Source: an uncultured Bacillota bacterium (GTDB lineage: Bacteria; Bacillota_I; Bacilli_A; Erysipelotrichales; Erysipelotrichaceae). Taken from it: a stretch of 64,000 bases of DNA. Each line of letters begins with the position of its first letter. The first letter of the stretch is position 1. This document shows positions 28,260 through 36,542 of this stretch, one piece after another. Position numbers and translations under genes: made by a program. Location of the stretch: the NCBI GenBank assembly GCA_949290085.1, contig CASEQH010000052.1, forward strand, positions 9,746 through 73,745, in the 5' to 3' direction. The notes below the pieces were generated by a model. The model was not told where the DNA came from, did not search any database, and saw nothing but the letters and a program-made list of their open reading frames with translations.

Positions 28260-28454
28260 ATGCCAAAGATGAAAACAAAAAAGACTTTTGCTAAGAGAGT
28301 AAAAGTTACTGGTAGTGGAAAGTTAAAAAGACATCACGCTTACACATCTCACTTTGCTGCGAACAAAACTCATAAGCAAAAAGTTCAATTAAGAAAAGCA
28401 GGTCTAGTATCAAATAGCGATTATAAGCGCGTTAAAGACTTGCTACAAGGATAG
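28260..28454 (+). CDS. rpmI: 50S ribosomal protein L35
   Basis: 64 aa, [24 protein letters not shown]... Confidence 0.95.
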   Translation: MPKMKTKKTFAKRVKVTGSGKLKRHHAYTSHFAANKTHKQKVQLRKAGLVSNSDYKRVKDLLQG

Positions 28455-28466
28455 GAGGAAAGATAA

Positions 28467-28826
28467 ATGGCAAGAGTAAAAGGATCAACTCCTACTAGAA
28501 ATAGACGTAAGAGAGTTTTAAAACAGGCTAAAGGATACTTTGGTTCTAAGCACTTATTATACCGTACTGCTCATGAGCAAGTTATGCGTTCATTAAGATA
28601 TTCTTATATCGGACGCAAACAAACTAAAAGAGAATTCCGCAAATTATGGATTGCTAGAATTAATGCTGCTGCAAGAATGAATGGTTTAAGCTATTCAAAT
28701 CTAATGCATGGTCTAAAACTAGCTAACGTTCAAGTAAACCGTAAGATGCTTTCTGAAATCGCTATTGCTGATCCTCAAGGATTCAAGACAATCTGCGAAA
28801 CAGCTCAAAAAGCTTTACAGAAATAA
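28467..28826 (+). CDS. rplT: 50S ribosomal protein L20
   Basis: 119 aa, MARVKGSxxxRxRRKxVLKxAKGYxG... Confidence 0.95.
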   Translation: MARVKGSTPTRNRRKRVLKQAKGYFGSKHLLYRTAHEQVMRSLRYSYIGRKQTKREFRKLWIARINAAARMNGLSYSNLMHGLKLANVQVNRKMLSEIAIADPQGFKTICETAQKALQK

Positions 28827-28843
28827 GAGCTCGTCTCTTATTT

Positions 28844-28920
28844 GGCTCGTTGGTGAAGCGGTTCAACACATTGCCCTCTCAAGGCAACATACACGGGTTC
28901 GAATCCCGTACGAGTCACCA
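28844..28920 (+). tRNA. tRNA-Glu (anticodon CTC)
   Basis: Acceptor GGCTCGT/ACGAGTC, a 3-bp D stem GTG/CAC as in tRNA-Glu, anticodon stem TTGCC/GGCAA with loop CTCTCAA, T arm ACGGG-TTCGAAT-CCCGT, and an encoded CCA. Confidence 0.88.
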
Positions 28921-28932
28921 TAAGAAAAATAG

Positions 28933-28968
28933 ATTCCCTGAAGAATGATATCTTCAGGGAATTTTATT
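28933..28968. terminator. Strong bidirectional terminator (tRNA-Glu / pilus operon)
   Basis: 12-bp stem ATTCCCTGAAGA/TCTTCAGGGAAT, with T-runs on both strands. Confidence 0.85.
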
Positions 28969-28982
28969 TATTTCCTTCTTTA

Positions 28983-31900
28983 TTAATGCTTAATTTCTTT
29001 TTGATAATAAATCATAAATAGTATAGCTAAAATGACAAAACTAATGGCAGTTGTGATTATGATTTTAGTCCAACCTTCCCCTCCGGTTGCTATTGTATTT
29101 ACATTAAGTTCTAAAGTATGTATTACTTCATTAGTCTTATTCAGAGGATGAACGAAACTTTCTTCACCAGGCTTGCCATTTTCTGTAATTGAAGTATCAA
29201 CTAGTGCATAATTTTTTATTAGCTCTCCATCACCGACGCTATCTTTAACTTCTACATCAAATGATAATGTTCTTGTCTCTTGCGGTTTTAAATCATATAA
29301 GACAAACTGAATTGATTTTTGATCAATGCTTAGACTTCCACTATCAGAAGATTTAGACTTAACTATGCTATTTTCTATAAATTTTGTAGCTTCAGGAATG
29401 AAATCTTCTACATTTACATAATTTGCTATAGCCTTATCTGATGTATTAGTTACATTAATTGTGTAAGTTATTCGCTCGCCATGTGGGACTAGACTGCCGC
29501 TTTCTGGATTTGCAGATTTACTTGCAGAAATGCTTGGATTAATTAGATTATGAACTATTTGATTAGTTTTATTACCAAGATTATTTCCATCTATCTCCTC
29601 TTCTTTTTCAAAGATATCATATTGAGCTTCATTGATAATACTATTCACTGTCGCTTCTTTATCGACTGTAACAGTAAATTTTAAGTCCAATGATTTATTT
29701 GGACTTAAAAAATCAATTCTCCATTCGATATATGACCTACCATTATTTTCTACATATTGATAAGTAAGTTTTTCATTTCCGACATAAGGTTCAACATTTT
29801 TAAAGCTTGTTCCTTCAGGAATATAATCTCTAACTAAGATATAAGGTGCAATAGCTTTATCGTTATTAGATATATTTTGCACAGATAAAGTATATGTGAT
29901 ATCAGATTTCCTTAGTACTTCCGTTTCGCTTTGTGGATCACTTGTTTTAGTCACTTGAACCCTTGGCCCATCACCTTCTTCGGCTTGAAGCAGATAATGA
30001 ATAGTTTTATTTGTCTTTCTATCTGGATCTTCTTCTATAAAACCGGCACTTTCAGGTCTAGTCATATGAAGTTCATATAAAACGCTTCTTTCGATAGGTT
30101 TTGTATAATCAGGTTCGTCGACAACTTTAACCTTATAGCTTATTGTCTTAGTATCATTTCCTTTGATATTCTCTAATACCCACTCGACATAAGCTTTTCC
30201 ATCATTATAAACATAAACTCCATTATCACTTATTGCATTAGGTACATAATTTACATTTTCTGGCAAGTATTCTCTAACTACTACATATGGTGCATTGACC
30301 ATAGTTGTGTTTTTAATATGGATGAAGTAATCAATTTCTTGTTTAATACCGACATAGGTTGAACTTACTGGATCAGAAAACTTGGATGCTACAATATCTG
30401 GTTTTAAGGAACTTATGATATGCACTACTTCATTTGTTTCATTGATTGGTTTGATTGAAGAACCAAGTTCAAAATCATCACTTAAACTTTCATAAAGAGC
30501 CTTATTTACAATAGTAGAATTTTGACTATCAATACTAGGATTTAATACTTTAACTTTAAATGTCAATATGGCATGGTCCTTACTAATTCCAAGATTGTTA
30601 TTTTCCGCTCTTAATGCCGATGTCTTACATTCAAGATAATTGCCACTAGTATTATATTCACAAAGCCCAGTAGTACTCACCGTTGGAAAAGTTAGGAAAT
30701 ATGTGCCCTCATCCGTTACTAACTCACCTTCATAAGGAATATCTGATGAAAGATTGATTGAATAATTTTTATTATTAACACGATAGCCTTTTAAAATATA
30801 TTGCCACCATTGACCAGAGTAATTACCAGAAGATCTAGTTTCTACAACTTCATAATATCTATATGTATTATTATTTTTGACTTCAAAGGTTTGAGCTGAG
30901 CCACCTCCATTGACATGGAAGCTAGCTAGATTTGTCCAGTTTGATTTATCATTGGAAGCCTTTAAGACATAATCACCCGCATGAGTATGACCCCAGGTAG
31001 TCACATAGACTTTGGTAGCTTTAAAATCAGCATTAACTCCTAAATCTCTAATACCCTTATATATACGATGGGAACCATCATCAGGAACTTTAGATAGGTC
31101 ATGTTCCTCAAAGACTTCATTTTGTACATTTACATTGATATCTACTTTAATACTTCCTCTTGTGCCATATGTTCCTGTAAAGTAAAGGTCTTGTAGATAT
31201 GCACTGATATCAGATGCATTATTATTTTGACTTAAAGTAAATTTAAGATAATTCTGTCCCTCTTTTTTATTCCAACCATCATGATTGACAGATGTATCGC
31301 TATTAATTGATAGACCATTAGACCAAGAGATAGTAAAATCAGAAACTTCATCATTAAGCTTTGATAAATCAATATTTCTTAGGTAGTATTTAAGTTCTTT
31401 GGTATTAAAGATGATATCCATATTAGTGCCATGACTTATATATTCATCACTTACATCAGGGCCTTTAAAACTTATAGTTAAATCACTATTATTAATTAAT
31501 GGTGCATCAGTAGTAAATAATATTTTTTCTAAATCACTAGCTACTACAGTTTGATTTATCCCATTACTTCCATAATTCAATATGAATCTACCATTAGAAT
31601 TAGTAATATCAACAGTTGATAAACCACCATATTTTATACTTAATTCTGTTGGATATTTAATGGCAATAGTGCTTATCTTACTTATCGAATTAAGCCTTAT
31701 ATTCTCTAAATGATAATATGGCTTATACTCACTTCCTATTGATCCCTTACTTTCATATCTGATATCGAAGTTCTCACCATAAGTCACCATATATTTACTG
31801 TTGGCATCTGTATTTGTATTAGATAGATTAGCTGAACCTAAAATATATTCTGTACCTTCAGGAATCTCATCAATAATCCTTAGATAATTAGAATCGACAC

Positions 31901-34685
31901 TGCCATCATTACTAATATCTATAGTATATGTAATTTCATCATTAGGATTAACTATAGAAGTACTTGTTGGATTAGCAGATTTAACAGCTGTTAGTTTTGG
32001 TCCGACAATCTTGTGTAATATTTCGTTTGTTGAAATACCTTTTTCTAATACTGCTTCATCAACATTAATATTCTTTAAATCATTGAAGTTATCATATAAT
32101 GCTCTATTATTAATCGTTATTGAACTAGAATTATCTTCTACTTTGAAAATAACTTTTACTTTGAAGTTAAGCTTTTTTACTTCATTCGCTTGTAATTCAT
32201 CGATAGTAAATCTTATATAATTTCCATCAACCACATATTCACCTGCATTAGAAGTTAAATATTTTGTTCCTTCTGGAATCTCATCAATGATTACTATATT
32301 ACTAATAGGATTTAAGCCTAAGTTTTTGACTGTAAGATAATAAGTTATTTCTTGATTGTAAGATACTTCACTATTATTTTGAGGATTAGATGACTTAATT
32401 ACTTCATATTTAATATATGGATCTTTTCTATCCCAGTTATTAATGCTAGTATCACTTGTATCATTTACCCTAACTTTAAATCTAATGCTTCCCTTAGTCT
32501 TGCTTGGTATAGATAGATTTAAACTAATTGTCTTTGTACTTTCATCATAAGCAGCATTGATATTTGAATTAGTATTTTCAAATTCTATAAAACTAAGTGA
32601 ATCTGAAAGTGTATCAGTGATTACTTTATTGACAGTATTAGCTTTATTATTCTCCCATCTAATCTCATATGTGACTATGTCACCACTTTTAAGCTTTACA
32701 CCGCTATCTGAAAGTTCTTGATCTATACTTATATCATTAACGGCTACTATATGTTTAGATGGACTAAATTCTTTGACATAATAGACGCTAATCTCTACAT
32801 TTTCACCAGGCATAGTTCCTGATATCTTATTCATACTATCATCATAAAGGACATAGCCATCAATGCTAGGTGGTGCAATATTATAATCTTCCCCTTTTTT
32901 ATGTTTCTCTATTACATCTTCATGTAGACTTAGTTCTGTTTCATATTCTTTATAATGAATAGTAATACTAGGATAATCATAATATATATTTAATTCCAAG
33001 ACTTCATCGGGCATATATCCTTCAATGATACTATCTTTGTCATCTACTAGAGAATAACCATCAACTTTAGGACTTGAAATAGAATATACATCTCCATACT
33101 TATGATTACTTTCATGAGATTCTATTAACTTTTCACTAGTATTGATATCAATATAATTAATTATTAATGGATATTGGTCTATAGTATATAATTCAATACT
33201 TGCACCAGAAGCTTTGGCATTAGTTTCATATGCTATATCAGTATTTGAATCAAAATACCATTTGATATTTTCACCTTGATGTATGATGCCATCACTAATA
33301 AATTCTTCATTTATATAGCTTGTGCCAGCTCCACCACTTCCACCTCTTAAATATAAATTAGTATCATGTCCTGCTGTACCACCATAAAGGCCTCCGCCAC
33401 CTGCACCAGATGATGAATTGTCTGAAGCAGCATAGCTTTGCCCAACGCCAAATTCATACAAGCCACCTTTACCATTAGCGCCAGAACCACTACCATCGCC
33501 TGCTATATTACCACCATTTCCTCCATATGATGTAGCACAGTGATTATCATTACAATAATATGATGTATCGGATGAAGTGAAGAAGTCTTCTGCTCCACCT
33601 CCTCCACCTGCAACCATCAATACTTCATCTAAGTAATTCTTATAATTTATTAGCTCACCATTTCCTCTAATACTTGTATAAATAGAGCCAGCACTGCCAC
33701 CACCTGCTCTAAAACCATAAGCTTGTCCATAACCTGCTCCTCCACCATTATAAGAGACGCTTCCTCTCATACTATTTCTAGGTCCTAAAGCTAAATAGAT
33801 AGTTTGCCCTTTGTCCAAGTGGATATAGCCTGTTACTTTAGCACTTCCTCCACCTATACCTGTGGTAAATCTAGTATTAGAAGCATTAAAGCCATAAGTT
33901 AAACCACCTGAATCGGAATCACCATCAGCTCCCCATAATTCTATATAATATGTTCCACTTACTGGAGCGGTAAATTCTTGAATTCTGGACTTTGACGCAT
34001 ATTTCCATATATAACCTTCATCATAATAAGGCCCCTCATATTCTTCATCAATAATTGCATTCTTAGCCATTTTATTTGGTCTTATTTGTGATTTCTTTTC
34101 GTTTATCATCACCTCGTTGACTTTGGCATCATTTAAATATGCACTGGCTAATTCTGCCATCGCTAATTGTCTAGGAGAGAAAGAGCTATTTAAGTTTTGG
34201 TAGTCATAAATTACATTAATTTCTTTATTATATGTGAAAATGGCAATCGCATATTCACCATTAAAAGCTTTTTCTATATGTTCAATTTGTCTAACTTCAT
34301 TGGTTAAGTTAAGTAAATCCTTATAGTTATTACTACTAGCTAGATATATGAGCTTATCATCATCTATATCATCCCTAGTTTCTATTACTTCTTTATAGGC
34401 TTTAATCATGACCTTTAGATTTTCATCTTCTTTTGGGCCAATAAAGATGATAAGGCTTTCGCCATCATTGATGCGATTAATTACATCCAATAGGGATGAT
34501 TCAACTAAGTAAGTATTTTTATCATCTTCTTTATTATCTACTTGATTAGAAGTTTGCCCATCCTCAATAATATCTAAACTTATTTCTCCATTTATTTCTT
34601 CTTCGGCAAAAATATAATGATTGATATTCATAAAAGTGCTAATAAGTATAAACAAAGCTATAATCACCACTTTAATCTTTTGCAT
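28983..34685 (-). CDS. 1900-aa sortase-substrate surface adhesin, putative pilus tip protein
   Basis: Signal peptide, then a Gly-rich ALK/LTK-like domain (aa ~225-500), two MucBP-like domains (aa ~505-638), about six DUF11-type repeats (xITYTIxVxNxG...IxDxIPEGTxF), a discoidin-like segment (aa ~1205-1303), and a C-terminal IATGG signal plus TM helix plus basic tail. Confidence 0.9.
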   Translation of the reverse strand: MQKIKVVIIALFILISTFMNINHYIFAEEEINGEISLDIIEDGQTSNQVDNKEDDKNTYLVESSLLDVINRINDGESLIIFIGPKEDENLKVMIKAYKEVIETRDDIDDDKLIYLASSNNYKDLLNLTNEVRQIEHIEKAFNGEYAIAIFTYNKEINVIYDYQNLNSSFSPRQLAMAELASAYLNDAKVNEVMINEKKSQIRPNKMAKNAIIDEEYEGPYYDEGYIWKYASKSRIQEFTAPVSGTYYIELWGADGDSDSGGLTYGFNASNTRFTTGIGGGSAKVTGYIHLDKGQTIYLALGPRNSMRGSVSYNGGGAGYGQAYGFRAGGGSAGSIYTSIRGNGELINYKNYLDEVLMVAGGGGGAEDFFTSSDTSYYCNDNHCATSYGGNGGNIAGDGSGSGANGKGGLYEFGVGQSYAASDNSSSGAGGGGLYGGTAGHDTNLYLRGGSGGAGTSYINEEFISDGIIHQGENIKWYFDSNTDIAYETNAKASGASIELYTIDQYPLIINYIDINTSEKLIESHESNHKYGDVYSISSPKVDGYSLVDDKDSIIEGYMPDEVLELNIYYDYPSITIHYKEYETELSLHEDVIEKHKKGEDYNIAPPSIDGYVLYDDSMNKISGTMPGENVEISVYYVKEFSPSKHIVAVNDISIDQELSDSGVKLKSGDIVTYEIRWENNKANTVNKVITDTLSDSLSFIEFENTNSNINAAYDESTKTISLNLSIPSKTKGSIRFKVRVNDTSDTSINNWDRKDPYIKYEVIKSSNPQNNSEVSYNQEITYYLTVKNLGLNPISNIVIIDEIPEGTKYLTSNAGEYVVDGNYIRFTIDELQANEVKKLNFKVKVIFKVEDNSSSITINNRALYDNFNDLKNINVDEAVLEKGISTNEILHKIVGPKLTAVKSANPTSTSIVNPNDEITYTIDISNDGSVDSNYLRIIDEIPEGTEYILGSANLSNTNTDANSKYMVTYGENFDIRYESKGSIGSEYKPYYHLENIRLNSISKISTIAIKYPTELSIKYGGLSTVDITNSNGRFILNYGSNGINQTVVASDLEKILFTTDAPLINNSDLTISFKGPDVSDEYISHGTNMDIIFNTKELKYYLRNIDLSKLNDEVSDFTISWSNGLSINSDTSVNHDGWNKKEGQNYLKFTLSQNNNASDISAYLQDLYFTGTYGTRGSIKVDINVNVQNEVFEEHDLSKVPDDGSHRIYKGIRDLGVNADFKATKVYVTTWGHTHAGDYVLKASNDKSNWTNLASFHVNGGGSAQTFEVKNNNTYRYYEVVETRSSGNYSGQWWQYILKGYRVNNKNYSINLSSDIPYEGELVTDEGTYFLTFPTVSTTGLCEYNTSGNYLECKTSALRAENNNLGISKDHAILTFKVKVLNPSIDSQNSTIVNKALYESLSDDFELGSSIKPINETNEVVHIISSLKPDIVASKFSDPVSSTYVGIKQEIDYFIHIKNTTMVNAPYVVVREYLPENVNYVPNAISDNGVYVYNDGKAYVEWVLENIKGNDTKTISYKVKVVDEPDYTKPIERSVLYELHMTRPESAGFIEEDPDRKTNKTIHYLLQAEEGDGPRVQVTKTSDPQSETEVLRKSDITYTLSVQNISNNDKAIAPYILVRDYIPEGTSFKNVEPYVGNEKLTYQYVENNGRSYIEWRIDFLSPNKSLDLKFTVTVDKEATVNSIINEAQYDIFEKEEEIDGNNLGNKTNQIVHNLINPSISASKSANPESGSLVPHGERITYTINVTNTSDKAIANYVNVEDFIPEATKFIENSIVKSKSSDSGSLSIDQKSIQFVLYDLKPQETRTLSFDVEVKDSVGDGELIKNYALVDTSITENGKPGEESFVHPLNKTNEVIHTLELNVNTIATGGEGWTKIIITTAISFVILAILFMIYYQKEIKH

Positions 34686-34694
34686 ATCCTTATC

Positions 34695-35678
34695 TCACCT
34701 TTCTCTTTTGTCTTTTCTATTCATGGCAATAATGAGTATAAATATAGTTACTAAACATGATGATATTAATGGATTAATAATACTGCTATAATCAATTACT
34801 CCAGTATTTACAATACGATTTCTACTATTTGTAATCACTGCACTGATATTATCTTTAAAACTTATCTTTCCATGATGATTTTCATATTTAGTACTATATC
34901 CATCTTGATTGGCCTCTATTTCTTTTATTTCATATTCACTGCCTGCAAGGACATCATATACTACAATATATTCTCCACCTTTAATCGCAACGGTATCACC
35001 ACTTTCAATAAAACCTCTTTGATTAAATGAAGTCTCGTATCGATATCTTCCTTCGGGTAAAGACAATTTAATATTCCATTTTCGATCTTGTTCGACATCA
35101 TCACCCATAAGTTTCTTTTCGACTTTTAAGTTGCCTGATAATATAGCTTTAGGCTCTACTTCATAAGACATAGATACTTCTTCTCCTTCTTTATTAGTAT
35201 TAGGCAGTGATATTAAAAATGGATCACTAAGCATATGATATTCTGTAGCCTTAATTTCTACACCCAGATATAGACCCTTATCAAGATTATTGAAGACTAT
35301 TTGTCCATTTTCATCCGTATAAGATTCATAGAAGATTAGATTATTACTTTCTGCTTCATTCATCTTGATTAAAGATTCATGTATTTTTTCAAAGCCTATT
35401 GCTTCTAATACTTCAATTGCGCTAGTATCTTTATTTATTTTTATATCATCAATTAGAGGTAGTATTTTATGCGCTTCAACTTGATTATTTTCAATAATAG
35501 TATCAATGGAAGCAACCTTATATAATCTCCACAATGAGCCTTTAATTGGAGAAGTCATAGCTATATCATCATAGTAATTAATTATGATTTCACTTCTTTC
35601 ATCTTCATCTATGATAGAACTATTAAATAGGATTAATATGATTAATATAATTAGAATACTATATATCTTTTTCATCAT
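34695..35678 (-). CDS. Minor/base pilin subunit (Cna-B/SpaA-like, isopeptide-type fold)
   Basis: Signal peptide, TDENGQIVFNNLDKGLYLGVE, the pilin-like lysine motif PFLISLP...YEVEPK, E-box YEIKEIEANQDGY, and a C-terminal IVNTG signal plus TM helix plus NRKDKRER. Confidence 0.8.
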   Translation of the reverse strand: MMKKIYSILIILIILILFNSSIIDEDERSEIIINYYDDIAMTSPIKGSLWRLYKVASIDTIIENNQVEAHKILPLIDDIKINKDTSAIEVLEAIGFEKIHESLIKMNEAESNNLIFYESYTDENGQIVFNNLDKGLYLGVEIKATEYHMLSDPFLISLPNTNKEGEEVSMSYEVEPKAILSGNLKVEKKLMGDDVEQDRKWNIKLSLPEGRYRYETSFNQRGFIESGDTVAIKGGEYIVVYDVLAGSEYEIKEIEANQDGYSTKYENHHGKISFKDNISAVITNSRNRIVNTGVIDYSSIINPLISSCLVTIFILIIAMNRKDKRER

Positions 35679-35687
35679 CGCTCCCTT

Positions 35688-36542
35688 CTATTTACGATGA
35701 GATGCCATAAACTTATTGACCAAGTTAATTAAGAAGACTAATATTACAAATAAAAAAATAAGTTTTAGTATCGGTTTTAGGTTATCGTTACGAACACTCA
35801 ATGTATCGCTTATTATTTTTTCTTGTTCGAAATCTTCCACTCTTTCAGCTTTAACTAATAGTCTATGAGTATTGATGCCATATGGGTAACAAGTATATAA
35901 GGTGATTAAGTCCTTACCCTCTTCTACCTGAAGATATCTATCATGTTCATCTGGATTGATAATCAATGTATCAATAACCTCATAGACATGGGTCTCATCT
36001 AAGATATTGATATATATTTCGTCACCGACATTTAGTTCGACTATTCTATCAAACATCTTAGATGTTCTTAAGGCAGTATGAGCTGACAAAACACTATGGC
36101 TACTACTGCCACCACTAGGAAATGATGTCCCATAAAGATGTCCTACCATATTTTGCAGTGTTATCTCATCTGTTCCATGAGCTATAGGTAAATTAAGATC
36201 AATTTTAGGAATGATGATACTAGCTATCTTGCTTGCTTTTTTAAATGGTAGTGCTAAATAGTCATCACTATAATTATTTTCATTTGAATAATGATAGAAT
36301 ACTTCTTTATGCTCATTAGCGATTTTTTCATTATATTTTTCACATTGCTTCCAAGCATTAGCTAGTTCTATCTCATTCAAACTATCAATATCCTTAGTAT
36401 AACCTTGTATTAAAGAATTTTGTTGAACCCTAGAAAACTCATCAAGAATGGTCGGTAATATCAGTAACATATATCCCACGATTATGAGTAAATTGACTAA
36501 GATTTTTAATAGAGTTGAAGTTTTAATTGACATTACTTTCAT
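35688..36542 (-). CDS. srtC: Class C (pilin-polymerising) sortase
   Basis: N- and C-terminal TM helices, IIIPKIDLNLPIAHGT, His in VLSAHT, Cys in TLYTC and Arg in THRLLV. It sits inside the pilin operon. Confidence 0.9.
   Translation of the reverse strand: MKVMSIKTSTLLKILVNLLIIVGYMLLILPTILDEFSRVQQNSLIQGYTKDIDSLNEIELANAWKQCEKYNEKIANEHKEVFYHYSNENNYSDDYLALPFKKASKIASIIIPKIDLNLPIAHGTDEITLQNMVGHLYGTSFPSGGSSSHSVLSAHTALRTSKMFDRIVELNVGDEIYINILDETHVYEVIDTLIINPDEHDRYLQVEEGKDLITLYTCYPYGINTHRLLVKAERVEDFEQEKIISDTLSVRNDNLKPILKLIFLFVILVFLINLVNKFMASHRK

Noticed and set aside
28983-34685. Tandem DNA repeats, a phase-variable tract or a CRISPR-like array inside the giant adhesin gene or anywhere in the window.
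   Set aside because: The DUF11-type repeats are recognisable only at the protein level. I saw no long identical DNA repeats, no regularly spaced short repeats, and no long homopolymer or SSR in the 5' region. No CRISPR array is present in the window.
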